Of a stretch of DNA of 64,000 nt, positions 36,312 through 45,014 are shown in pieces. Position 1 is the stretch's first letter; each line of letters opens with the position of its first letter. Both the position numbers and the translations under genes were made by a program. The notes under the pieces were generated by a model. It searched no databases. It was not told the DNA's origin and saw nothing but the letters and a program-made list of their open reading frames with translations. The stretch comes from an uncultured Clostridium sp. (GTDB lineage Bacteria > Bacillota > Clostridia > TANB77 > CAG-508): NCBI GenBank assembly GCA_900553755.1, contig USEX01000002.1, positions 16,339 through 80,338 on the forward strand, in the 5' to 3' direction.

Positions 36312-36878
36312 ATGGAATTTACTCCATACAAAATTACAGAAACATTAAATTATATGTTTTATCAAATTCCAATGGAATTATTTTTTAATACTAATTATAA
36401 AGATGCATTATCACTTGAAGCTAAAGTATTATATGGACTTTTACTAAGTCAATTAACATTATCAATAAAAAACAACTGGCAAGATGAAAATGGAGATGTT
36501 TATATAATTCTTACAAGAGAAAAAGTGCAGAAAATGCTTAATATTTCCGATAAAACTGCAACTAAAGCATTTAAACAATTAAGTAAATGCAAACTTATTT
36601 ATGAAAAGAAACAAGGACAAACTAAGCCTAATCTTATTTATGTTGGAAAAATCAAACATGATGATACTATTCCAAATATGACTCGTAAAAATTCCGATTC
36701 TAGAGTCGGAAATAATACGATTCATGACTCGGAAAATTTACGACCTAACTATAATAATAAAAACTATAATAATAGAACTAATAAGAATTTTTCGAATTTT
36801 GAACAAAGAAATTACCCTGAAGGAACATTAGAACATTTATATGCAAATACAGATTGGAATTTATTATATGATAATTAA
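36312..36878 (+). CDS. Replication initiator protein, RepA_N family
   Basis: 188 aa with RBS AAAGGAGAA. The segment FYQIPMELFFNTNYKDALSLEAKVLYGLLLSQLTLSIKNNWQDENGDVYIILTREKVQKMLNISDKTATKAFKQLSKCKLIYEKKQGQTKPNLIYV matches the RepA_N pattern. Confidence 0.85.
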   Translation: MEFTPYKITETLNYMFYQIPMELFFNTNYKDALSLEAKVLYGLLLSQLTLSIKNNWQDENGDVYIILTREKVQKMLNISDKTATKAFKQLSKCKLIYEKKQGQTKPNLIYVGKIKHDDTIPNMTRKNSDSRVGNNTIHDSENLRPNYNNKNYNNRTNKNFSNFEQRNYPEGTLEHLYANTDWNLLYDN

Positions 36879-36954
36879 AAAGTTTATTTTTTTTAACAAA
36901 TTTAGCAATTTTTGTAGTATAATAAGTCAAATGTTAAAATAAGGAGGATTAAAA

Positions 36955-37533
36955 ATGTCAGTAAAAGAAGAAAATGAAATTACAATCAAAGTTACTTGTT
37001 CAAATGATGAATTAATAAAACACTTAACTAATAAAGGATTTAATGAGGGCAGAAAATTTACACTTGATGATTATTATTTAATCCCAAAAGATATAGATAT
37101 CGAGAAATTAACAACAAGAGAAATATTAGCAAAATCTGTAATTATAAGATATATTGTTGATGATGGTAAAATAATTCAAAAAATAACTTTTAAAAAGAAG
37201 GACATTAATGCTGATGGTGAGATTTTAAGTCAAAAAGCAATTAATTGTGATGTATTGGACTATAAAGCAGGAATAAATTTATTTAATGAACTTGGATATT
37301 ACCAAATTATGAACATTAAAGAAAGTGATGTAATTTATTATAAAGATAGGCTTGAATTAGCTATAAAATTTATAGAAAATAGTAATACTTTAATAGAAAT
37401 TGAAACTGATGATAATTTTAAGACAATTGATGAATTAAAAAAATTGGTAACTGAATTAGAAATACCAATTGAAAAAGGTAATTATTTCGTAAAGAAAGCA
37501 GAAGATGAATTGAATAAAATTTTAAAAAAATAA
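36955..37533 (+). CDS. CYTH-like (CyaB / triphosphate tunnel metalloenzyme fold) protein
   Basis: 192 aa with RBS AAGGAGGA. N-terminal strand is NEITIKV (ExExK with the second Glu replaced by Thr). Further segments are IIRYIVDDGKIIQKITFKKK and the C-terminal LELAIKFIENSNTLIEIETDD (GxxxEIE-like). The call comes from pattern recognition only. Confidence 0.5.
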   Translation: MSVKEENEITIKVTCSNDELIKHLTNKGFNEGRKFTLDDYYLIPKDIDIEKLTTREILAKSVIIRYIVDDGKIIQKITFKKKDINADGEILSQKAINCDVLDYKAGINLFNELGYYQIMNIKESDVIYYKDRLELAIKFIENSNTLIEIETDDNFKTIDELKKLVTELEIPIEKGNYFVKKAEDELNKILKK

Positions 37534-37576
37534 AAATTATAAAAATGTAAAATTGATTCTATGAAGGAGAATGATA

Positions 37577-38095
37577 ATGTACAATAAAATTTGTATAATT
37601 GGTGGAAGTGGTAGTGGAAAAACAACATTATCAAGAAATCTAGGAAAATTACTGAATATTCCAGTTTATAATATTGATGGAATACACTATTTGAAAGATT
37701 GGAAACCAAGAGATAAAAAAGAAAGGGACAGTATTATTTTAGATAAAATCAATACAACAAGATGGATTATGGATGGAACATATAGTTCAACCTTAGATGC
37801 AAGAATGAATGCTTCTGATTTAGTAATCTTCCTTGACTATTCATCTTTTGCAAGATTCTGCGGAGTATTAAAGAGATTTATTAAAAATCATGGAAAAGAA
37901 AAAGAAGAAATTCCAGGTTGTAAAGAAAAAATGGATATTGATTTTATAAAGATTCTATTTAAATGGAAAAATAAAAGAATTAGTATTATAGATAAATTAT
38001 CTAAAGTTAATAATGAAAAAATAATTATTTTTAAAAACAGAAAACAGTTAAATGAATGGTATAAAAAACAATTTAATAAAAATATAGAAAAATAG
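37577..38095 (+). CDS. P-loop NTPase, topology-modulation (FlaR)/adenylate-kinase-like
   Basis: Walker A in KICIIGGSGSGKTTLSRNLGKLLNIPVYNIDGIHY, then ...WIMDGTYSSTLDARMNASDLVIFLDYS. The start is taken at 37577, 7 nt after GGAG; the ORF is open from 37571. Confidence 0.75.
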   Translation: MYNKICIIGGSGSGKTTLSRNLGKLLNIPVYNIDGIHYLKDWKPRDKKERDSIILDKINTTRWIMDGTYSSTLDARMNASDLVIFLDYSSFARFCGVLKRFIKNHGKEKEEIPGCKEKMDIDFIKILFKWKNKRISIIDKLSKVNNEKIIIFKNRKQLNEWYKKQFNKNIEK

Positions 38096-38164
38096 ATGTG
38101 AGATGTTAGCTTTTATAACTTAACGTCTTTTTTTGTGTAAAAAATAAATATGGAGGAACTGAAA

Positions 38165-38545
38165 ATGAAAAATGAAGTGAATAATAAAATAACATATCAT
38201 CAAGAAGGGGAATATTTAATACCAGATGTAAAACTACCTGAAGAAAATCCTAAATATAAAAATAAAACAATAGGAAAATATGGACAATTAAGATTGAATT
38301 ATTTGAAAGAATATAAAAAAGGATTGTATCAGCAATTGTTAATGGAGAACAAATTATTTGAGCATTTAGTTGATACAAATAAAGAAGCGAAATCAAGAGT
38401 GAGATTAATTACAAATCAAATTGCAAAGCAAGAACATATTAATGAATATCAAAAAGGAAGAGATGCTTTAGATTGGGTTTGTGCTATGAATAATGCACAG
38501 GCAAGAGCAGAAGAAATAGTTTATAAAGAAATAATTTATGTATAG
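38165..38545 (+). CDS. tnpV: TnpV-like transposon-associated protein
   Basis: ITYHQEGEYLIPDVKLPEE...IGKYGQLRLNYLKEYKKGLYQQLLMENKLFEHLVDTNKEAKSR matches the TnpV pattern of clostridial mobile elements. The start is taken at 38165, 7 nt after GGAGG. Confidence 0.75.
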   Translation: MKNEVNNKITYHQEGEYLIPDVKLPEENPKYKNKTIGKYGQLRLNYLKEYKKGLYQQLLMENKLFEHLVDTNKEAKSRVRLITNQIAKQEHINEYQKGRDALDWVCAMNNAQARAEEIVYKEIIYV

Positions 38546-38560
38546 AAAGAGGTAATAAAA

Positions 38561-38884
38561 ATGGAAGAAACAAGATTATATGATATGGATTCAGTTGAAT
38601 TATATGAGTTAATTGATCAAACAAGAATTGAGCTTAAAAAGAATAATATTGAGTACAAGAAATTGTCAGATAAATTGCATAAGATTATGGATAAATATAC
38701 AAATTTACAATTACTTTTAGAAGATGAAAAATTAGTAGAATTGAACACTGAAGAATGCAAACAATTGCAAGAAGTCGTGTCATTAGAAATGCAATTAAGG
38801 AACTTTGAAGAAAGACAAATATTCTTTTTAGGTGCAAGAGAAAATTACTTTTATTTGCAAAATCTTGGGTTAATAAAAAGATGA
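38561..38884 (+). CDS. Hypothetical element protein (coiled-coil)
   Basis: 107 aa with RBS AGAGG. Its C-terminus ERQIFFLGARENYFYLQNLGLIKR has a homologous fragment in the neighbouring remnant (EKEIFFLGGKEVYFFFKHLGILR, about 47526-47600). Confidence 0.65.
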   Translation: MEETRLYDMDSVELYELIDQTRIELKKNNIEYKKLSDKLHKIMDKYTNLQLLLEDEKLVELNTEECKQLQEVVSLEMQLRNFEERQIFFLGARENYFYLQNLGLIKR

Positions 38885-38961
38885 TTTTCAGCAACTATAA
38901 ATTTAAAAGTAAATAATTGGTTGTGAGTACAGCTATATATTTTCTGTATAATGCAAGCAAC

Positions 38962-38986
38962 GTATTTGTACTCACGCCACAAATAC
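38962..38986 (+). other. Candidate oriT hairpin upstream of mobC
   Basis: GTATTTGT-ACTCACGCC-ACAAATAC: a perfect 8-bp inverted repeat inside the block ATGCAAGCAACGTATTTGTACTCACGCCACAAATAC. That block is conserved with a single base difference at 47627..47661 in the remnant, whereas the flanking non-coding DNA diverges. Confidence 0.55.
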
Positions 38987-39044
38987 AATTAAAGAATGGG
39001 ATAAATCCCAAACCCTATTTAAAATTAGAAAGTGAGATGAAAAT

Positions 39045-39410
39045 ATGAGAGATAGAACAATAAAAATTAATGTATTTTTAAATGAAAGTGAAAAGAAAAT
39101 CTTTGATGAAAAAGCAAAAAAATCTGGATTAAATAAGTCGGAATTTTTTCGAAAAATCATTTTAGATTATCAATTAAGTGAAAAGCCAGATGAAAGATTT
39201 TATGAGTTCTTACATCAATTAAGAGGTATGGCAACAAATTTAAAGCAAATGGCTAAAATATATAATCAAAATTATGGATATATTAATACAAGTAAATATA
39301 AAACAATGCTTGATGAAATAGAAGCATTTATTTTAGGTTTAAATGAAGTTTATGTATTACCTAAAAAGATTGGAGGTACTAATGGCAACAACAAGTCTAT
39401 GGAAATTTAG
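39045..39410 (+). CDS. mobC: Mobilization relaxosome accessory protein MobC
   Basis: 121 aa. An RHH-like N-terminus (RTIKINVFLNESEKKIFDEKAKKSGLNKSEFFRKIIL) is followed by LHQLRGMATNLKQMAKIYN (the NLNQ-type MobC motif). Confidence 0.85.
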   Translation: MRDRTIKINVFLNESEKKIFDEKAKKSGLNKSEFFRKIILDYQLSEKPDERFYEFLHQLRGMATNLKQMAKIYNQNYGYINTSKYKTMLDEIEAFILGLNEVYVLPKKIGGTNGNNKSMEI

Positions 39411-40665
39411 TAGTAGATTAAAAGGTTTAATTGATTATGTTTCAAATGATAAAAAAACAAATAATAAGAATTTAGTATCTGGTATAAATTGCTTACCCAA
39501 TATAGCATATCAAGAAATGATGAATACTAAAAAACAATTTTTTAAGACTGATGGCATTGAATGTTTTCATGGCTATCAGTCTTTTGTTTCAGGCGAAGTT
39601 ACACCCGAAATAGCTCATGAAATTGGTATAAAACTTGCTGAAAAACTATGGGGAGATAAATATCAAGTAATAGTTGCAACACATACAAATACAGATAATA
39701 TTCATAATCATTTCGTGCTAAATTCTGTTTCATTTAAAGATGGGAAGAAATTCACTAATAGAAATAAAGACTATAATAACATGCAATATGAATCAGATAA
39801 TTTGTGCAAAGAATATGGATTAAGTGTATTACCTAAAAAATATGATTATTCAAAATATGCAACAAATAACTTATATAAAGAATTAATGAAAGATTCAATT
39901 GACTATGCTATTGAAAATGCTAATAGTTATGATGAATTTATTTCTATATTAAATGATTTGGATTATGAAATAACAATTAGAAATGATGAACTTTCTATTA
40001 GGCGAGAACCTTATAAAAGAAACACAAGAATATTAAAACAATTTGGAGCAGATTACTCTTTAGAAAATATTAAAAAGAGAATTTTAGAAGAGCAACCATT
40101 GTTTAAGCATTTTCCAGAAGCATATTTAACTATAAATGCTAGATTAAATTATTATAATAATTCGAAAAACAAATTATTATCAAATAAATCCATTTATAGC
40201 TTTTTATTTTTATCTAATGAAAAAGTATTCATGTTAGGTATAGAAAATGCTTTAAAAAACAATATGACGAAATATACACCAGAATTAATTAGAGAAATAA
40301 AACAAATGCATGAATATTCAAAACAAGCAGATTTTTTAACTAAATATAATATTAAAACTGAAGCAGAATTAAATAATTTTGAAAAATCGGTATATGAGAA
40401 ATTAAATCCTTTAAAAAGTGAACGTGAAAATTTATGGAAAAAACATAAAAGATTAAAAACTAAAGATGAAAAATTAGAAATTGAAAATAGAATTGCTGAA
40501 ATTTCTAGAGAGATTTTTTCACTTACAGAAGATTTGAAATATTGTAAGCAAATTCAAGAAAGAATGGATAATTATAAAAAAGAACAGCTTTATCAACAAA
40601 TGGTTGAAGAAAAGAATGAAATGGAAAAAGAATTAAAAAGTAAAAAGAAAAAGAGAGTAAGATAG
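39382..40665 (+). CDS. Relaxase / mobilization nuclease (MobA/VirD2 family)
   Basis: The start MATTSLWKF lies 5 nt after GGAGG and overlaps the mobC end. Histidine triad in VATHTNTDNIHNHFVLNSV. The C-terminal half is coiled-coil. Confidence 0.88.
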   Translation: MATTSLWKFSSRLKGLIDYVSNDKKTNNKNLVSGINCLPNIAYQEMMNTKKQFFKTDGIECFHGYQSFVSGEVTPEIAHEIGIKLAEKLWGDKYQVIVATHTNTDNIHNHFVLNSVSFKDGKKFTNRNKDYNNMQYESDNLCKEYGLSVLPKKYDYSKYATNNLYKELMKDSIDYAIENANSYDEFISILNDLDYEITIRNDELSIRREPYKRNTRILKQFGADYSLENIKKRILEEQPLFKHFPEAYLTINARLNYYNNSKNKLLSNKSIYSFLFLSNEKVFMLGIENALKNNMTKYTPELIREIKQMHEYSKQADFLTKYNIKTEAELNNFEKSVYEKLNPLKSERENLWKKHKRLKTKDEKLEIENRIAEISREIFSLTEDLKYCKQIQERMDNYKKEQLYQQMVEEKNEMEKELKSKKKKRVR

Positions 40666-40764
40666 GAAAAGGAGCAGTTGTTATCTGCTCCAAACAAAAA
40701 AATTTAGATTAAATCATTAATAAAAATTGTAATAATGTGAAAAATCATATTTAAGCAAATATTA

Positions 40765-41301
40765 TTATTCGCAATTTTTTTTATACAACTTTTGCAATGT
40801 TTTTTTATTCAAAACCTCATATACTCCATTTTCAGCCATTTCATTATAAACATCTGTTAAAAAATTAGCTGTTTTCTGATTAACTTGTGCAGTTTTTCTG
40901 TTCTTTTCCCAATATTCAATTTGATTTTGAATTTTCCATCCTTTTCCTGTATAGATCATACTTGCAGATAAAGAATCACAAATCATTTCAACAGCATATT
41001 TATAAGGAATCATTATTGTTTTATCTGTTGTTTTATCATCATACCAATATTCATAATGATGTTTATTTCTTCCTTTATGATGTAACCAAGCTTCAGAATA
41101 TCCATTTACTTTTTTACATTCAGAAATTGGACTATAATTCCCATTATAGTATTTTGCAGATTCAAAAAATTCTATTGGACTATATTTTGATAAATCATGT
41201 ACAAATCCTCTCCATGGTATACCTGCTTTACAACATAATTTAAATACTTTTATTCTATGTCTTGTTATCAATATAAAATGTTTTACCATATTTTTTACCA
41301 T
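40765..41301 (-). CDS. Hypothetical cargo protein (His-rich, DUF5662-like)
   Basis: 178 aa containing HRIKVFKLCCKAGIPWRGFVHDLSKYSP...AWLHHKGRNKHHYEYWYD. No function can be read from the sequence. Confidence 0.6.
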   Translation of the reverse strand: MVKNMVKHFILITRHRIKVFKLCCKAGIPWRGFVHDLSKYSPIEFFESAKYYNGNYSPISECKKVNGYSEAWLHHKGRNKHHYEYWYDDKTTDKTIMIPYKYAVEMICDSLSASMIYTGKGWKIQNQIEYWEKNRKTAQVNQKTANFLTDVYNEMAENGVYEVLNKKTLQKLYKKNCE

Positions 41302-41659
41302 ATTTTACGTCCCCTTTTTATCTCTGTATTTCTTAATTTTTTCTATATCAAAATCAACTTACATTACTTCTATAATTATGTTCTCATTTTCTGGATTTGC
41401 TTTTAGTCTTTCTACATACTCTGTTATTATTTCCCTAATTTCCTGTTGTCCTTTTCGGTAATACGAATTTACGAAAAATGCAAGCACATACTTTTTTCAT
41501 CGTGATTTTTCTCGTTAGAGAATTACTATTTTTCTTAATAATTAAATTATATAATACATACGATTTAAGTACAAGTATTATATAATATTTTCGGCGATAC
41601 TTTTGACAATTTAGGCTAAACTTCGGCGGTACTTTATCCAAAGTTCAGTAAAATTATAA

Positions 41660-43156
41660 TTATTTTATTTTCCAATATCCACCATTATCTGGTCCAATTC
41701 TTTCAATTAAATTATTATCCTTTAATTTTCGGATATGATTTGTTATTGTTGTTCTTCCTAAAGAAAGTTCTTTGCTCATTTTAGCCTGTGTAATATAAGG
41801 ATTTTGTTTAATTAACAATATAATTTTATAGTCTATGCTATCATCTGATATCTGTCCATCTCTATCCACTTCTGTCCACTTCTGTCCATACACTTTCTGT
41901 TCATTTTTGTCCACTTCTGTCCAAGATTTATAAAATGTAACTTTAAAATCTCCTCTTAATGATTCGAATTTCGGCTCTGGCAAATTCATTTTTTTCATTT
42001 CATCAATCATTGTAGCAATTCCAGTATGTCGATTTTCAATAATACTATTATTAATTTCAAGTAATTTAACAATACTTTTATTTCTAACTTCTAACATAAT
42101 ATCAGTACCTAATGCTTCTAATCGATTATTACCATATAAATCACCAGGATTAATTATTTCAATTCTATCTGTAAAAATCTTAATATAAATATAAGCACTT
42201 TCTCTACTTATACTATAATCCCTATGAACTAATGCATTTGCAATAGCTTCTCTTAATGCTTTCATAGGATATTCTGGAATATCAGTTCTTTTCCCATTAT
42301 CATCTATTATTACTTTTGTAGAAATATTTCGTCTTATAAAAGCAAGAGCTTGATCTAACATTTCATCAAGAGTTCCTTCAATACTTTGATTGTCATTAAA
42401 TCTCTGACCAACTTCTCCTGTTTCAGCCCATTTTGTACCTGGAACAAATACACATGCAATAAATAATTGTGGAAGAAAACCTTGAGGATATTCACCAAAT
42501 AACATAAGTCCAGCTAGTGTTGGATAGATTATACCTGTGCTATTATCAATAACACCACATAATTTTAATATTTTCTCATCTGAAAATTTTGCAAAATTAG
42601 GCTTATCTTTTTTGGCCTTTTCTAAAAATGCATTAATTTTTTCTTTATCCAAATCTTCAAGTGTTGCAATCTTTATAGGTCGTTTATCTTCTTGAACACC
42701 ATCTTTATAACTATTTAAACAATAAATTTCGTATTCAGTCATATGTTCATCTGAATCTCCTATTCTAATATAGGAACCTTTATGCATTCCGAGGTCTTTA
42801 TAGTAACAAGGTTTTTGCACTTGAGGAATTTCATCTATTTTTACAGCTAATAATGTCTTATTGTTATATTTTATTGGTAAAAATGTTGGACGAACTTTAG
42901 GTTCCATACAATTAGTACATAATGCTGTGACTTTCTTTTGCAAATCATTAACATCATATACATCCTGTTCTATAAAATTATTATTCTCATTTATTCCAAA
43001 TATTATTATTCCACCATATTTATTTGAAAATGCAGATATTGTATCATAACATTTTTTAGGAAAATCTATTTCAGCAGTTTTTGCTTCAATTTGATCTGTT
43101 TCTGTTTGATACTTTTGCATATATTCTATTTTTTCTATTACTTCTTGCTCGGTCAT
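41660..43156 (-). CDS. AlbA_2 (Schlafen-like) + HATPase_c_4-like + C-terminal winged-HTH protein
   Basis: 498 aa. N-terminus is DQIEAKTAEIDFPKKCYDTISAFSNKYGGIIIFGINE. The middle region carries ALREAIANALVHRDYS. The C-terminus is ELSLGRTTITNHIRKLKDNNLIERIGPDNGGYWKI. Confidence 0.75.
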   Translation of the reverse strand: MTEQEVIEKIEYMQKYQTETDQIEAKTAEIDFPKKCYDTISAFSNKYGGIIIFGINENNNFIEQDVYDVNDLQKKVTALCTNCMEPKVRPTFLPIKYNNKTLLAVKIDEIPQVQKPCYYKDLGMHKGSYIRIGDSDEHMTEYEIYCLNSYKDGVQEDKRPIKIATLEDLDKEKINAFLEKAKKDKPNFAKFSDEKILKLCGVIDNSTGIIYPTLAGLMLFGEYPQGFLPQLFIACVFVPGTKWAETGEVGQRFNDNQSIEGTLDEMLDQALAFIRRNISTKVIIDDNGKRTDIPEYPMKALREAIANALVHRDYSISRESAYIYIKIFTDRIEIINPGDLYGNNRLEALGTDIMLEVRNKSIVKLLEINNSIIENRHTGIATMIDEMKKMNLPEPKFESLRGDFKVTFYKSWTEVDKNEQKVYGQKWTEVDRDGQISDDSIDYKIILLIKQNPYITQAKMSKELSLGRTTITNHIRKLKDNNLIERIGPDNGGYWKIK

Positions 43157-43174
43157 CTATCTAACCTCCAGATG

Positions 43175-44095
43175 TTATTTATTCTTTTCTCTATTCTTAT
43201 AAACATTAGCAACATTCCTACAACTAATAGAATCATATTCAGCCTTTAGATTCTTAGCAATAAAAGGTCTGCCACAATGTTTACATATCTTTAATTCTTT
43301 TCTATCATTAGCTTCATTTAAACCTAATAATACTTCCATAGCTTGTTTTAAAGAATTAAATTGCCAATCTAATGAAACTTTATTATTATCAAAACTAAAA
43401 GAAAAGGCTATATTATTTGGTATGAATTCACTAGCATACTTTTGATAAATTGCTTTTTTATCTTCATTTTCTTCTGAAATACTATTTTCAGTTGATTCAA
43501 AAATCTTATATAGTAATTTAGAATAAAATAAAATTCGAGCAATTTTTTCAGTATATCTTTCAGAAAATACTAAATTAAAATCTTCTTGTAGGTTTGGTAA
43601 TTCATCTGTTGGATTATTACCATAAACATATTTTATAATATTCTCATTTAATCCATTATTAAAATCAATATTCATAATATTTTCATCTTCAACAAAGAAA
43701 GGTTTTATATAATTATTAGCTGAAACCTTCGTAATTTCTGAATATCCTTGTAAATAAACTTCTCCCGCTGAAATTAATTTAGTATTAAGAGGACTATAAG
43801 TTAAATCGCCTAATAAACCATATTTTTTTACAAATTCTAATACCATTTCTTGATATTTAGCTTCTGTACTCATTAGATTACATTCAATATCTCTATTATT
43901 GGTATAATTCAATGTTTCTCTACCTATAAGAAGAAAGTCTTTTAATATTTCTTTATCTACATCATACACATCATAAATTGTATATTCAGAGTTTTTAACA
44001 GGTCTAATATAAAATTCATTATTACTTTTTATGATTTCATAATCATTGTATTTAGCCCAAAACCCTTTAAAATTAAAGTTATTCTCTTTTATCAT
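43175..44095 (-). CDS. Hypothetical protein with C-terminal Cys4 zinc-ribbon (paralogue at 49667..50668)
   Basis: 306 aa ending ...KICKHCGRPFIAKNLKAEYDSISCRNVANVYKNREKNK. It lies 18 nt upstream of the AlbA_2-type gene on the same strand. Confidence 0.65.
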   Translation of the reverse strand: MIKENNFNFKGFWAKYNDYEIIKSNNEFYIRPVKNSEYTIYDVYDVDKEILKDFLLIGRETLNYTNNRDIECNLMSTEAKYQEMVLEFVKKYGLLGDLTYSPLNTKLISAGEVYLQGYSEITKVSANNYIKPFFVEDENIMNIDFNNGLNENIIKYVYGNNPTDELPNLQEDFNLVFSERYTEKIARILFYSKLLYKIFESTENSISEENEDKKAIYQKYASEFIPNNIAFSFSFDNNKVSLDWQFNSLKQAMEVLLGLNEANDRKELKICKHCGRPFIAKNLKAEYDSISCRNVANVYKNREKNK

Positions 44096-44138
44096 ATTTC
44101 TACCCTCAAAAAATTCTTTTAAATTTTCACAAAACTAC

Positions 44139-44167
44139 TTGACAGTTATTTCCTCACAGAGTATACT
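44139..44167 (+). promoter_or_regulatory. Sigma-A promoter for the HTH-xis-int module
   Basis: TTGACA (44139..44144), a 17-nt spacer, then TATACT (44162..44167). An imperfect palindrome follows at about 44211..44243 (TCTTGAATGTAATGT...ACATTACAACAAGA). Confidence 0.6.
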
Positions 44168-44309
44168 GTTAATAGTTCGGTTAACTTAAATAATAACAAG
44201 TTAATTAAATCTTGAATGTAATGTAATAACATTACAACAAGATTATATAACTTTTATTAAAAGTTATCAAGTACTTTAAGAAAAAAAGAAAGGAGGCAAT
44301 AGGAGAACT

Positions 44310-44795
44310 ATGTCAAAAAATGAACAAGTAAAAAAGTCAACCAACAAAGAAGAAATTAAAAGATTATATTTTGAAGAACATTTATCTCAAGTCGAAATAG
44401 CAGAAATATTCAAAGTATCAAAACAAGCAATAAATAAGGTAATAAAAAAAGATCCAAGATTAGCTGAAGAAAAAGAATATAGACATATTTTATCAATTGA
44501 AAATACAAAGAATTACAATAATGAATATTCAAAGACATATAAAAGAAAGAAATCAACTGATACAGAAGAATATTATGCTATGCAAGCACAATTAAATGAA
44601 GATTATAAAATGTTATCTACTCATCATGAAATGAGTGATGAAGCTTTTGCTCAATCAAATAGTAGTATTTATAAATATGATAGCAAAGGAAATAAAGTTT
44701 TAATAGATAGCATAAAATCAAAAATTACAAATGATGTACCTAGATTTATACCTGCTATAAAAATTCCAGTACTAGCACATGGACATCATGTATAA
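44310..44795 (+). CDS. HTH (sigma-70 region-4-like) element regulator
   Basis: 161 aa with RBS AAAGGAGG. The HTH is IKRLYFEEHLSQVEIAEIFKVSKQAINKVIKK. Confidence 0.65.
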   Translation: MSKNEQVKKSTNKEEIKRLYFEEHLSQVEIAEIFKVSKQAINKVIKKDPRLAEEKEYRHILSIENTKNYNNEYSKTYKRKKSTDTEEYYAMQAQLNEDYKMLSTHHEMSDEAFAQSNSSIYKYDSKGNKVLIDSIKSKITNDVPRFIPAIKIPVLAHGHHV

Positions 44796-44822
44796 AAATA
44801 TGAACGAAAGGAGGAAAACACT

Positions 44823-45014
44823 ATGGAAGAAGATATCAAATTCTACAAAACGGAAGATGTTAGAAGAATACTAGGCATAGGAGATAAAAAATGTTTAGAA
44901 TTATTTCATAGAGAAGATTTTCCGTGTATTAAAATTGGAAAGTCTTTTTTAATTGCAGTTAGTGCTTTTAATGAATATGTAAGCACTAGAAGAGTTTTTA
45001 ATGAAACTCGATAA
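44823..45014 (+). CDS. xis: Excisionase-type HTH DNA-binding protein
   Basis: 63 aa with RBS AAAGGAGGA. The segment YKTEDVRRILGIGDKKCLELFHREDFPCIKIGKSFLIAVSAFNEYV matches the MerR-like excisionase pattern. It lies directly upstream of int. Confidence 0.75.
   Translation: MEEDIKFYKTEDVRRILGIGDKKCLELFHREDFPCIKIGKSFLIAVSAFNEYVSTRRVFNETR

Noticed and set aside
38972-39160. ORF 38972..39160 (-)
   Set aside because: It is antisense to the mobC 5' end and the oriT region, with no RBS.
41435-41641. ORF 41435..41641 (-) in the spacer between two cargo genes
   Set aside because: No RBS is present and the composition is low-complexity basic. The region looks like promoter/operator DNA (see the TTCGGCGRTAC repeat).
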